A DNA stretch of 64,000 nucleotides from Candidatus Binatia bacterium. GTDB lineage: Bacteria > Desulfobacterota > Binatia > UBA9968 > JAJDTQ01. The notes under the pieces are model-generated. The model worked only from the letters and a program-made list of their open reading frames with translations. It was not told where the DNA came from and did no database searches. The stretch lies in assembly GCA_963666515.2 (NCBI GenBank), contig OY762897.2, forward strand, positions 800,001-864,000, given 5' to 3'. A program made the translations under genes and the position numbers. Shown in pieces: positions 30,831 to 46,459 of this stretch (position 1 is the first letter of the stretch; each line of letters begins with the position of its first letter).

Positions 30831-31160
30831 CTACCAGCGGCCTGGTCTGCCGCCTCCGCCCGACCGCCTGTTGCCGCCGCCCCCGCCTCCGTTGCCGAAG
30901 CCGGACCGTCTCTCCTGCGGGCGCGCCTCGTTGACCGTCAGCGTACGGCCCTGAAGCTCCGTTCCGTTGAGGGCGTCGATGGCTTTCTGCCCTTCTTCAC
31001 CCGAGCCCATTTCCACGAAGCCGAAGCCGCGCGACTGGCCGGTAAACTTGTCCGCGATGACTCTTGCGGACTCCACCGTGCCGTGCTCGGCGAATACCTC
31101 CTCGAGCTGGCCGTCGGTGACGGAATAGGGCAAACCGCCCACGTACAATTTCTGGCTCAT
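30831..31160 (-). CDS. RRM RNA-binding protein with Gly-rich tail
   Basis: RNP2 LYVGGL, RNP1 RGFGFVEM; GGAGG RBS. Confidence 0.93.
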   Translation of the reverse strand: MSQKLYVGGLPYSVTDGQLEEVFAEHGTVESARVIADKFTGQSRGFGFVEMGSGEEGQKAIDALNGTELQGRTLTVNEARPQERRSGFGNGGGGGGNRRSGGGGRPGRW

Positions 31161-31326
31161 GTTCTTCCTCCAATGGCTGAGACAAAAGAAAACCAGTCTG
31201 TTCGACCCTGGGAATCGGATCGCCGCATCGGGCAAGAACATGCCTCTTTCACGGCACGCGATGGAACTTTGCTTGGACGAGAGCTTCGTCGGGCAGATTA
31301 GGCTGGAACACAGTTCGAATAGGGAG

Positions 31327-31355
31327 ACTTTAGCTGCATCCGGCGTCCGTGTCAA
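31327..31355 (-). promoter_or_regulatory. Sigma70-type promoter for the RRM/DEAD-box genes
   Basis: Minus strand TTGACA-N17-TAAAGT. Confidence 0.65.
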
Positions 31356-31460
31356 CGGCACGGTCGCCTCGGTCGCAACTACTCGTCACGTCGCTACCGG
31401 GTGACACACCGATAGTGAACCGGGACGAGATCGGCAGACGGCTGCATGGCCGGCGCGGAA

Positions 31461-31652
31461 CTAGAGATCCTCGATAGGGGGTTGCGGACCAGGGACGATG
31501 TCGGCGATGTCGGGATCGACGTCGTCTTCGCGCTCGGGCCGTTCTTGCCGGGCTTCCCGGCGTTCGGCGCGCCGCCTGGCCTTCTCCTCCTTCTTCTCCT
31601 GTTTTGCGCGTTCCCGCTGCCGCTTGGCAAACGTGGTTCGTGGTTGAGCCAT
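31461..31652 (-). CDS. Small basic/acidic hypothetical protein
   Basis: 63 aa, TFAKRQRERAKQEKKEEKARRR...EDDVDPDIADIVPGPQP; typical codon usage. Confidence 0.65.
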   Translation of the reverse strand: MAQPRTTFAKRQRERAKQEKKEEKARRRAERREARQERPEREDDVDPDIADIVPGPQPPIEDL

Positions 31653-31722
31653 TTCGCCAGTCTATCGTTTCTTGGCGCGAACGCCAAACGGTTGACGGTT
31701 TGCGGCCGGGCGGCGTGGCTCC

Positions 31723-34002
31723 TCAGCCGCCGGACTCCATCAGCCGGTACACCCGCTCGGGGCTCATGGGCAGGTCGTGGACCACGATGCCCACGGCCTG
31801 CCGCAGCGCGGCGGCGATGGCCGGCGCCACCGGGGCCAAGCCGCCCTCGGCCATGCCCTTGCTGCCGAAGGGGCCGGGGCCTTCCCGGTTCTCGATCAGC
31901 ACGGAATCGAGCACCGCGGGCAGGTTCTTGAACCGCGGCAGGGCGTAGTCGATGGCGCTGGGGTTGAGCAGCAGGGCGCCGTCGAACACCTGCTCCTCGG
32001 TGAGTGTGTTGCCCATGCCGAACATGATCGAGCCCTGCTCCTGGCCCTCGCACCGGAGCGGGTGCATGGCCTGTCCGATGTCGGCCGAGGAGACGTAGGT
32101 CAGGCAGCGCGCCCTGCCGGTGTCCGAATCCACCGCCATCACCGCGATGCCCGCGTTGATCTCCCAGGTGCGGATGTCGATGCGGTCCCGGGTGAGGGCC
32201 TTGTCCATGCCCCGGCCCACCAGCGTGCCGGTGGTCCTTTCCGCCAGTTCCTCCAGGGTCATCACCGGCTCGCCCCCGCTCGAGAAAGCGTCGTCCTCCA
32301 GCGAGAGGTCCCGGGCGTCCCGGTCGGTCAGGGACGCCGCCTGTTGCAGCATGATCTCCCGCAGCTCCTCGGACGCCCGCTTCACCGCGTTGCCCATGAG
32401 CACGGTGATGCGGCTGCCGTAGACGCCGGAGGCGCCGGGCGTGGTGCTGGTGTCATAAGGGGCGATGGTGATCCGGTGGATGCCCACGCCGAGCGCCTCG
32501 GCCGCGGTCTGGGCCAGCACCGTCTTGGCGCCGCCGCCGATCTCCGGGGCGTTGGCGTGCACCGTGAAGGTGGCGTCGTCCTCGAACACGATCCGGGCGT
32601 TGTACTGGGTGGTGGACAGGTCCTTGATGGCGCAGGCGACGCCGGTGCCGATCTTCTCGCCGGGCCGCGCCAGGGACTCGGGCGCCCGTGCGCCGCGGGT
32701 CTTCTCGAAGAGGTCCAGGCAGGCCGTCAGCGCTCCGTGCGGGTTGCCGTCCAGCGGCGGCCCGCCGAGCACGTATTTCTCGCCGGCCCGCAGCAGGTTC
32801 TTGAGCCGGAACTCGACGGGGTCGTAGCCCAGCTCGGTGCAGATGTGGTCGGTGTGGGCCTCGCACGCCCAGCCGAGCTGGACGCTGCCGATGCCGCGGA
32901 AGGCGCCGGCGGGCACCTTGTTGGTGTAGACCGAGTAGCAGTCGGCCCGTGCGTGCTCCACCCGGTAGGGCCCCACGGAGCGGAAGGCCGCCTTGCGCGT
33001 CACCTGGATGCCGAAATCGGCGTAGGCGCCCGTGTCCAGGTAGATTTTCGCTTCCCGGCACAACAGCGTGCCGTCCTCCCGCAATCCCGTGCGGATGTCG
33101 ATCTCGGCGGGATGGCGCCGGGCGGTGAACGCGGTCTCCTCCATGGACATGCGGAGTTGCACCGTCTCCCCGGAGGCGGCCGCCGCCAGGGTCGCCAGGT
33201 GCTCGACGCCGATGTGGCCCTTGGCGCCGAAGCCGCCGCCCACGTAGGGGACCTTCACCGTCACCTGCTCCTGCTCGAGCCCGAACATGCGCGCCAGCTC
33301 GTCGCGCACCGGAAAGGGGGCCTGCGAGGAGGTGTGCACGGTCACGGACCTGCCGTCCACCGCGGCCACCGCGCAGTGGGGCTCCATGGGATAGTGGAAC
33401 AGCGACGGGAAGGAGAAATGGTCCTCGATGACGTGGGCGGCCTCGCGGAACGCCCCCTCCGGGTCTCCCTGGACGAAGTGGGTGCCGCCGCAGTTGTTGC
33501 GGCCGTAGTCGTGGTCGAAGTCGCTTTCGCCCTCGCGGTCGTAGGCGGAGTCGGCGTCGTGCACCAGCGTGCCGCCCTCCATCGCCGACATCATCTCCGA
33601 CACCTGGGGCAGCGGCGTGTAACGCACCTCGACCCGCGCCGCCGCCTCCACCGCCGCGGTCTCGCTGTCGGCCACCACGATGGCCACGGGCTCGCCCTGG
33701 AACCGCACCTTGTCGTGGGCCAGCACCGGCCGGTCCTTCACCGCCTGGCCGTACGGCTTGAGGGTGCGGAGGCATCCCAGCCGGCCGAAGTCGAGGCTCT
33801 CATGGGTCACGATGGTGCGCACGCCGGGGACGGCGCGCGCGTCTTCGAGGTCGAACCCGTCGATGCGCGCGTGCGCGTGGGGACTGCCGATGACCCGGGC
33901 GAACTTCATCCCCGGGATGCTGAGGTCCGCCGTGTAGACGGCGGTTCCGGTGACTTTTTCGTCCGCGTCGAGGCTGCGTACCGATTGGCCCACGTATTTC
34001 AT
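31723..34002 (-). CDS. Xanthine dehydrogenase family molybdopterin-binding subunit
   Basis: DADEKVTGTAVY, VGGGFGAK, AFRGIG, YGSR, SKGMAEG. Confidence 0.88.
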   Translation of the reverse strand: MKYVGQSVRSLDADEKVTGTAVYTADLSIPGMKFARVIGSPHAHARIDGFDLEDARAVPGVRTIVTHESLDFGRLGCLRTLKPYGQAVKDRPVLAHDKVRFQGEPVAIVVADSETAAVEAAARVEVRYTPLPQVSEMMSAMEGGTLVHDADSAYDREGESDFDHDYGRNNCGGTHFVQGDPEGAFREAAHVIEDHFSFPSLFHYPMEPHCAVAAVDGRSVTVHTSSQAPFPVRDELARMFGLEQEQVTVKVPYVGGGFGAKGHIGVEHLATLAAAASGETVQLRMSMEETAFTARRHPAEIDIRTGLREDGTLLCREAKIYLDTGAYADFGIQVTRKAAFRSVGPYRVEHARADCYSVYTNKVPAGAFRGIGSVQLGWACEAHTDHICTELGYDPVEFRLKNLLRAGEKYVLGGPPLDGNPHGALTACLDLFEKTRGARAPESLARPGEKIGTGVACAIKDLSTTQYNARIVFEDDATFTVHANAPEIGGGAKTVLAQTAAEALGVGIHRITIAPYDTSTTPGASGVYGSRITVLMGNAVKRASEELREIMLQQAASLTDRDARDLSLEDDAFSSGGEPVMTLEELAERTTGTLVGRGMDKALTRDRIDIRTWEINAGIAVMAVDSDTGRARCLTYVSSADIGQAMHPLRCEGQEQGSIMFGMGNTLTEEQVFDGALLLNPSAIDYALPRFKNLPAVLDSVLIENREGPGPFGSKGMAEGGLAPVAPAIAAALRQAVGIVVHDLPMSPERVYRLMESGG

Positions 34003-34066
34003 CGAGAGGTCTCCAAGGTTGAAGTGTTACTTCTGTATACCGAACCCGCCATCGTTTCGGAACCGT

Positions 34067-34093
34067 CCTTCGACTTCGCTTCGCTCAGGACGA
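34067..34093. repeat. Partial copy of the TTCGAC..CTCAGGAC REP-like unit
   Basis: ccttcgacttcgcttcgctcaggacga matches the reverse complement of parts of 3701-3761. Confidence 0.55.
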
Positions 34094-34356
34094 CCGATTG
34101 GTCCAGAAAGGACACCGCAGGCGTGGCGGAAACTGTCATACGTTGATAGACTGTCATGGATCGGCGGAACAAGCCGACCACCTGCCGAGGAGCCGCGTTC
34201 AGGGAGCCGCGCGGTCACGGGCCGCCAGCGGCCCGTGTGACGTCTCCTTAACAAAAACGTGACAGCTACTGAAACCGGGGCCATTTTATGGTATTCCGGC
34301 TTGTTCCGAATATCGACAGGACGAGAAGCGGATCGTCTTGCCATAGGCTGTTCGAC

Positions 34357-38909
<4,553 letters not shown>

Positions 38910-38913
<4 letters not shown>

Positions 38914-38936
38914 GGGGCGGGTTTCAAACCCGCCCG
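38910..38936. repeat. GTAG-type REP-like hairpin
   Basis: gtagggggcgggtttcaaacccgcccg directly after the gltB stop. Confidence 0.55.
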
Positions 38937-39018
38937 TGTGCGGGCCGCTGACTCACTCGAGACAGCACGCTGAAGACCGAAGCACAGGGACGTTTGGAGC
39001 AAACGTCACCGGGTTACT

Positions 39019-40515
<1,497 letters not shown>

Positions 40516-40555
40516 ACTCTATCCACTCGGGTCCGCGGCCGGAATCCCCATTTCC

Positions 40556-40675
40556 CGTCATTCCGGGCTTGACCCGGAATCCAGGAGGGGTGGGGTGGCG
40601 GGGATTCAGACCTCCCACAACCACCCCTGGACCCCGGGTCAAGCCCGGGGTGACGGATAGGAACGCCCGGAATGA
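40556..40675. repeat. Inverted pair of CGTCA-type REP units (REPIN/BIME-like)
   Basis: cgtcattccgggcttgacccggaatccagg ... cctggaccccgggtcaagcccggggtgacg, plus partial ccggaatgac. Confidence 0.75.
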
Positions 40676-40707
40676 CAGGAAGGGCGCCATGCCGGCCGGA
40701 GCCGTTT

Positions 40708-41586
40708 TCACGTCCACGCCAGCAGGAACACCCCGCCGACGATCAGAACCGCGCCCACGCCGTCCTGCACCCTTACGATCTCGATTCCCTTCAGGGTGAA
40801 GTGCGCCAGCGCGAAGGTGACCAGGGGCTGGATGTTCCAGATGGGACCCACGATCACCGCCGGGGCATGGACCACGGCCAGGAAGGTGAGGATGGTGCCG
40901 ATGGCGTGGACGACGCCGGAGGCGGCGAAGTAGACGGCTCCGGCCAGCGGCACCCCGCGCCAGACGATGCGGATGCGCACCGTCTTGCCCAGCAGGCCGA
41001 TGAACATCAGGCCGGTGACCTGGGTGATCACCGCGCCGACGATGGGGTCGCCGCCCTGCAGCACCCCGAGCCGCTTCAGGATCGGGCCCAGGCTGTAGAA
41101 GAGGAAGGAAAGAGCGGCGTTGCCGAAGCCGGCCAGGGGCGCCCCGGGTTCCGCCTCGGATCCCTTCGTGTGCGTGATGAGGAGGATGCCGGCAACGATC
41201 ACGATGACGCCGCCGAACGTCCCCAGCGTGGCGCTCTCGCCGAGGAAGGTGACGCCGATCACCGTGGTGAGCAGCGGTGAGGCGTTCTTGATGGACTGGG
41301 CTCTGGAGGCCCCGATCTGGTCGATGGCTCTAAGCAGGAAGACGCGGCCGAAGAACGCGCCGATGGCGCCCAGGATGACGAAGGTGACGACGGCGGGAAG
41401 GGGAATCGGCAGTCCGCTGGCGCCGTAGCCGGCGATCCAGACCACCAGCAGGAACGCCACCATGGCGAGTTGCTGGACGGTGACGGCGGCATCGACGTCG
41501 GAGTGGACGAGTCCCCGCTTCACCAGCGGGGGCACGAACCCCCAGACGATCCCGCCGGTGATGGCGTAGATGATTCCCGTTCCCAC
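40708..41586 (-). CDS. EamA/DMT family transporter
   Basis: Ten TM segments; IGASRAQSI, FLGES; GTG start. Confidence 0.82.
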   Translation of the reverse strand: MGTGIIYAITGGIVWGFVPPLVKRGLVHSDVDAAVTVQQLAMVAFLLVVWIAGYGASGLPIPLPAVVTFVILGAIGAFFGRVFLLRAIDQIGASRAQSIKNASPLLTTVIGVTFLGESATLGTFGGVIVIVAGILLITHTKGSEAEPGAPLAGFGNAALSFLFYSLGPILKRLGVLQGGDPIVGAVITQVTGLMFIGLLGKTVRIRIVWRGVPLAGAVYFAASGVVHAIGTILTFLAVVHAPAVIVGPIWNIQPLVTFALAHFTLKGIEIVRVQDGVGAVLIVGGVFLLAWT

Positions 41587-41658
41587 GAGGGGCAGTGTGG
41601 TCCGGCGGCCGCCTGGGGGTCAAACCCGGCAGGCTGGATGTCGTCGGGGCGATCTCCG

Positions 41659-41686
41659 GCAGGGGCGACCGGCGGGTCGCCCCTGC
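41659..41686. repeat. GTAG-like REP palindrome
   Basis: gcaggggcgacc-ggcg-ggtcgcccctgc, 12-bp perfect stem. Confidence 0.6.
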
Positions 41687-41696
41687 ACGCCTGCGG

Positions 41697-42122
41697 TCAC
41701 TTGGCGGGCAGCACCTTGATCTTGATCGTGTGCGCCATCTTCTTGCCGAAGGAGCGATGGAGGCCGTCGGCGAACTGCATGGTCAGCGTGTACTCTCCGG
41801 GCTCGAGCTTGATGGTGGCTTCGGTCTGCCCCTTGCCGTAGTGCAGGTGGGTCTTGTCCGTCGGAATCACCTTTCCGCCGCGCATGGGGCCCTGGTTGAG
41901 CAGGATGTGGTGATGCCCCGTCCCGGCGACCACGCCGGCTTCGGAAGGTTTGATCGTCATGCCTTCCACGCCCATCACCACCTTCACCGGGCTCCGCACC
42001 TCGGCCCCATCCTTCGGCTCGATGAAGTAGACGCGCTGTTCCTGTGCCGCGGCAAAACCCGCAAGAGCCAGGGATGCCGCGAATACCGCGGCGGCGATCC
42101 GCCAAAGTGCTGGTCCGTTCAT
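41697..42122 (-). CDS. Secreted DUF4399 family protein
   Basis: Signal peptide; VYFIEPKDGAEV, GTGHHHILL, HYGKGQTE, LEPGEYTLTMQFADGLH. Confidence 0.85.
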   Translation of the reverse strand: MNGPALWRIAAAVFAASLALAGFAAAQEQRVYFIEPKDGAEVRSPVKVVMGVEGMTIKPSEAGVVAGTGHHHILLNQGPMRGGKVIPTDKTHLHYGKGQTEATIKLEPGEYTLTMQFADGLHRSFGKKMAHTIKIKVLPAK

Positions 42123-42243
42123 GATGGAACTCCTTTCCGGTAGAGTGACGGAGATCCTATCAACCGCTTCTCACGTTGACAAGCCACGGATGATGACCTA
42201 GTGGGTTCAAGGTCGCGAATCACCCGTCAGAGAAAGGTTTTTC

Positions 42244-44010
42244 ATGTCGGACATCAAGAAATCGGACCAGCGCTGGCAGTCGGACGTCATCGTCGACCTG
42301 ATGAAGCTCTACGACATCCCCTACGTCGCCCTCAATCCGGGGGCGAGCTACCGGGGTCTCCACGACTCCATGGTGAACTACGGCGAGAACGACCCCGAGA
42401 TGCTGCTGTGCAACCACGAGAAGATCGCGGTGCAGATCGCCCACGGCTACGCCAAGGCGTCGGGCAAGCCCATGATCGCCATCGTGCACGACGTGGTGGG
42501 GCTGCTGCACGCGCCCATGGGCGTCTACTACGCCTACATCGACCGCTGTCCGGTGTTCGTCATCGGCGCCACCGGGCCCATGGACGAGAAGTACCGGCGC
42601 CCGTTCATCGACTGGATCCACACGGCGTTCGCCCAGGGCGACGCGGTGCGGAACTTCACCAAGTGGGACTACCAGCCCGGCAGCATCCACGGCGTGCCGG
42701 ATTCCTTCGCCCGGGCCTACTCCATCATGATGAGCGAGCCCCAGGGGCCCATCTACATGTGCTACGACTCGGCGTTGCAGGAGACCCCGCTCACCGACGA
42801 TATCACGATCCCGCCGGCGTCCGCGGTCAAGGTGCCGTCGCGCATCGCGCCGGAGCAGGCGGCGGTGGCCCAGGCCGCGGAGATGCTGGTGAAGGCGGAC
42901 AATCCGCTGCTGCTCACCGAGTACGCCGCGCGCATGCCGGAGGGCTTCGAGCCCACGGTGGAACTGGCGGAAACGGTCGGGGCGTCGGTCTTCGACGTCT
43001 GCAAGCGGCTGGGCTTCCCCAACCGCCACGCCCTGAGCATGAGCTTCAACCCGGACGCCTTCGCGGGGGTGGACCTGGTGATGGCGCTGGACGTGGTGGA
43101 CTGGACCCGGGGCTCTCACAAGCTCAACACCCAGACCCGCGAGATCACGGTGGTGACGGCGCCCGACTGCAAGTGGGTCGACGCGGGCTTCGCCGACATC
43201 GAGATCAGCAAGTGGGCCACGGACTACAACAAGCACAACAACTGGGACCTGCGGGTCATGGGGGACACCGCCATCACCATCCCGGCGCTCACCAAGGCGT
43301 GCGGCGCCCTCATCGACGCCGATCCGGCGCTGAAGGAGCGCGTCGCGGAGCGCAGGAAGGCGCTGGCGGACAAGCACGAGCAGCAGTGGTCCAAGTGGCA
43401 GAAGCAGGTGGAGTCGGAGATGGACCAGCGGCCCATGACCGAGTCCCGGCTGGCCTGGGAGGTGTGGCAGGCCATCAAGGACGAGGACTGGGTGCTGACC
43501 GCCGGGACCCTGAAGGACTGGGTGCAGAAGATATGGGACTTCGACAAGCCCTACCGGCACCCGGGCCGGGAGCTGGGCACCGGCACCCAGATCGGCATGT
43601 CCATCGGCGTGGCGCTGGCCCACAAGGGGCAGGGGAGGCTGGTGGTGGACCTCCAGCCCGACGGCGACCTCATGTTCGACCTGGGCGCGCTGTGGATGCC
43701 CATCAAGTATGACATCCCCATGCTGGTGGTCATGTACAACAACCGCGCCTACTACAACGACTGGGCGCACCAGATCCACATGGCCCACCAACGCGGCACC
43801 GACCCCAACCGGGCCTACATCGGCATGGACCTGGAGGCGCCGCCGCCGGACTTTGCCCACATCGCCCGTGGCATGGGCTGGTATGCCGAAGGCCCCATCG
43901 AGGATCCGGCCGAGGTAGTGCCGGCGGTGCGCCGCGCCATCGAGCAGGTCAAGGCCGGCAAGCCGGCGCTGGTGGACCCCATCGTCTGGCGCCGGGACAT
44001 CAACACATGA
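42244..44010 (+). CDS. Thiamine-diphosphate-dependent enzyme (acetolactate synthase/decarboxylase superfamily)
   Basis: NPGAS, HEKIAVQIAHGYA, PDGDLMF...YNN cofactor motif. Confidence 0.88.
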   Translation: MSDIKKSDQRWQSDVIVDLMKLYDIPYVALNPGASYRGLHDSMVNYGENDPEMLLCNHEKIAVQIAHGYAKASGKPMIAIVHDVVGLLHAPMGVYYAYIDRCPVFVIGATGPMDEKYRRPFIDWIHTAFAQGDAVRNFTKWDYQPGSIHGVPDSFARAYSIMMSEPQGPIYMCYDSALQETPLTDDITIPPASAVKVPSRIAPEQAAVAQAAEMLVKADNPLLLTEYAARMPEGFEPTVELAETVGASVFDVCKRLGFPNRHALSMSFNPDAFAGVDLVMALDVVDWTRGSHKLNTQTREITVVTAPDCKWVDAGFADIEISKWATDYNKHNNWDLRVMGDTAITIPALTKACGALIDADPALKERVAERRKALADKHEQQWSKWQKQVESEMDQRPMTESRLAWEVWQAIKDEDWVLTAGTLKDWVQKIWDFDKPYRHPGRELGTGTQIGMSIGVALAHKGQGRLVVDLQPDGDLMFDLGALWMPIKYDIPMLVVMYNNRAYYNDWAHQIHMAHQRGTDPNRAYIGMDLEAPPPDFAHIARGMGWYAEGPIEDPAEVVPAVRRAIEQVKAGKPALVDPIVWRRDINT

Positions 44011-44032
44011 GGGCCTCTGAGAGGAACAGGAC

Positions 44033-45817
44033 ATGAGCAAAGCGGAAAAGATCGAAGCGGTCGAGATCAAAAAGTCGGACCGCAAGTGGCAGTCGGACGT
44101 TATCGTGGACATGGTCAAGCGCTACGGGTTCGAGTACATCGCGCTCAACCCCGGGGCCAGCTACCGGGGCCTGCACGACTCGCTGGTGAACTACGGCGAG
44201 AACGACCCGCCGATGATGCTGTGCAACCACGAGAAGATCGCGGTGCAGATCGCCCACGGCTACGCCCGCGCCAGCGGCAAGCCCATGATCGCCATCGTCC
44301 ACAACCTGGTGGGGCTGCTGCACGCTCCCATGGGGATCTACTACGCCTACCTGGACCGGGCGCCCATCTTCATCATGGGCGCTACCGGCCCCATGGAAGA
44401 ACCCAAGCGGCGCCCCTTCATCGACTGGATTCATTCGGCCAGCGTCCAGGGCGAGGCCATCCGCCACTACGTCAAGTGGGACTCCCAGCCCACCACCATC
44501 GACGCCGTGCCCGGCGCCTTCGCCCGGGCCTATGCGGTGATGATGAGCGGCAAGCAGGGGCCCATCTACATGTGCTACGACGCCGGCCTTCAGGAGGCCG
44601 CCCTGGACCACGAAGTGGCCATGCCGCCGGAGGACAACGTGCACGTGCCCGCGCAGGCGATGGCGGACCCCACGGCGCTGGAGAAGGCCGCGGACACGCT
44701 GGCCGCGGCCAAACGGCCCGTGATCGTGGCCGATTTCGCCGCCCGACCGCCCCACGGCTGGGACCACGTGGTGGAGTTGGCCGAGACCCTGGGCGCGGCG
44801 GTGTGGGACTGCGACTCGCGGCTCAACTTCCCCAGCGAGCATCCGCTGAACCTGAGCATGGACAGCGAGGGCTGCTACAAGGACGCGGACGTGGTGCTGA
44901 CCCTGGACATCGCCGATTTCGAGAAGCCCACCCACGTGCGCGACATCGCCACCCGCACGGTGGTGAGCATGGTGCCCGAGGACGCCACCTGGATCGACAT
45001 CGGCTACACCGACACGGAGATCAGCAAGTGGGCCATGACCTACGCGCGGCCGTTCTACGCCCACCAGCGCATGACCGCGGACCCCGTGACCGCGGCGCCG
45101 GCGTTGACGAAGCTCGTGAAGGAGCGCATCGCCGGAACACCGGGTCGGGCCGAGCAGATCGCCAAGAGGACCGAAGAGGTCGGCAAGCGCCACGCCGAGG
45201 TCCGGGCCGAGTGGCTCCGGCAGGCGCGGGAGGACCGCTGGGCCGCGGTGCCCATGACCGTGCCGCGGCTGGCGCTGGAGGTGTGGGACGCCATCAAGGA
45301 CGAGGACTGGGTGCTGACCTCCGGCACGCTCCACGACTGGGCGCGCCGGCTGTGGAACTTCGACAAGCCCTACCGCCACGGCGGCCGCGAGCTGGGCACC
45401 GGCACGCAGATCGGCATCTCCCTGGGCGTGGCCCTGGCCCACAGGGGGAAGGGCCGGCTGGTGGTGGACCTCCAGCCCGACGGCGACCTGATGTTCGACG
45501 CCGGCAGCCTTTGGATCGCTGCCAAGTACCAGATCCCCATGCTCATCGTCATGTACAACAACCGCGCCTACTACAACGACTGGAACCACCAGATCGTCAT
45601 GGCCCGCAACCGCGGCACCGATCCGAACCGCGCGCACATCGGCATGGACCTGTGCGGCCCGGACCCCGACTTCGCCACCATGGCCCGCTCCATGGGCTGG
45701 TACGGCGAGGGCCCCATCGAGAACGCCGACGACCTGAGGCCGGCCCTCGACCGCGCCATCGAGCAGGTCAAGCAGGGAAAGCCGGCGCTGGTGGACACCG
45801 TCACCCAGCGGCGCTGA
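44033..45817 (+). CDS. Thiamine-diphosphate-dependent enzyme, tandem paralog
   Basis: Same motifs as the upstream gene, with long identical peptide stretches. Confidence 0.88.
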   Translation: MSKAEKIEAVEIKKSDRKWQSDVIVDMVKRYGFEYIALNPGASYRGLHDSLVNYGENDPPMMLCNHEKIAVQIAHGYARASGKPMIAIVHNLVGLLHAPMGIYYAYLDRAPIFIMGATGPMEEPKRRPFIDWIHSASVQGEAIRHYVKWDSQPTTIDAVPGAFARAYAVMMSGKQGPIYMCYDAGLQEAALDHEVAMPPEDNVHVPAQAMADPTALEKAADTLAAAKRPVIVADFAARPPHGWDHVVELAETLGAAVWDCDSRLNFPSEHPLNLSMDSEGCYKDADVVLTLDIADFEKPTHVRDIATRTVVSMVPEDATWIDIGYTDTEISKWAMTYARPFYAHQRMTADPVTAAPALTKLVKERIAGTPGRAEQIAKRTEEVGKRHAEVRAEWLRQAREDRWAAVPMTVPRLALEVWDAIKDEDWVLTSGTLHDWARRLWNFDKPYRHGGRELGTGTQIGISLGVALAHRGKGRLVVDLQPDGDLMFDAGSLWIAAKYQIPMLIVMYNNRAYYNDWNHQIVMARNRGTDPNRAHIGMDLCGPDPDFATMARSMGWYGEGPIENADDLRPALDRAIEQVKQGKPALVDTVTQRR

Positions 45818-45860
45818 CCCGGGGCGCGGATTCCGGCATTGCCGGGCTGTTTCGACGGTA

Positions 45861-46241
45861 ATGCCGTATGAATACTACGACATAAGGGGTTACGAGCGGC
45901 TCATCGTCCGCATCACGCTGGGGCTCGACCCCGACACAGCCGATGACGTGGAGCGCTACGGCGCCGCCTCCGTCCTGTGGAGCCTCTACAACCGCCTTCG
46001 GGAAGATCAGCGGGAGGTGTTCCTCGTGGGGCTGGGCAACGCGCTGGAGAAGAACGCCAGCCGCAAGGCGCTGTCCCAGATGGTGCTGTTCGCGTCCAAC
46101 CCGGTGGTGGACGTGGACCACAGCATCGACATCCTCGGCGACTGGTTCATCAAGAACAAGAAGGCCGATCCGCGCCTGTACGAGGCGCTGGACGCCTACT
46201 GGCGCCGGCGGTTCAGACGCGGATTCGACGATGCCGCCTGA
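45861..46241 (+). CDS. Hypothetical protein
   Basis: 126-aa ORF with host-like GC3-rich codons; no motif recognised. Confidence 0.6.
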   Translation: MPYEYYDIRGYERLIVRITLGLDPDTADDVERYGAASVLWSLYNRLREDQREVFLVGLGNALEKNASRKALSQMVLFASNPVVDVDHSIDILGDWFIKNKKADPRLYEALDAYWRRRFRRGFDDAA

Positions 46242-46258
46242 TGCCGCCTGATGCCGCC
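46231..46258 (+). repeat. 10-bp tandem repeat ATGCCGCCTG x2.8
   Basis: atgccgcctg atgccgcctg atgccgcc read directly. Confidence 0.7.
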
Positions 46259-46459
46259 CTCGCCGAAGGTTCGTTGCCTTCACAGTCCAGCGATCTGCTA
46301 TCCAGGTGGAGCAAGAACCGTTCTGGCCAACCGCGAGCGTCCTTCAGGGAAGAACACCCAACACCCGGCTGATCGTTCCCGACGAGCAATTCTGCGGCTC
46401 AAGAAGGTTCGCGTCAGAACAAAGAGGAAAGGCAGTCCCGCTCGTTCGAACCGTCCGGC

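Noticed and set aside
40556-40675. CRISPR array or integron attC sites
   Set aside because: Repeats are dispersed or inverted palindromes with no regular repeat-spacer period; no cas or intI gene in the window
42176-42204. Sigma70 promoter upstream of the ThDP genes
   Set aside because: Perfect TTGACA but the -10 at 17 bp (TAGTGG) is weak; not supported well enough to list
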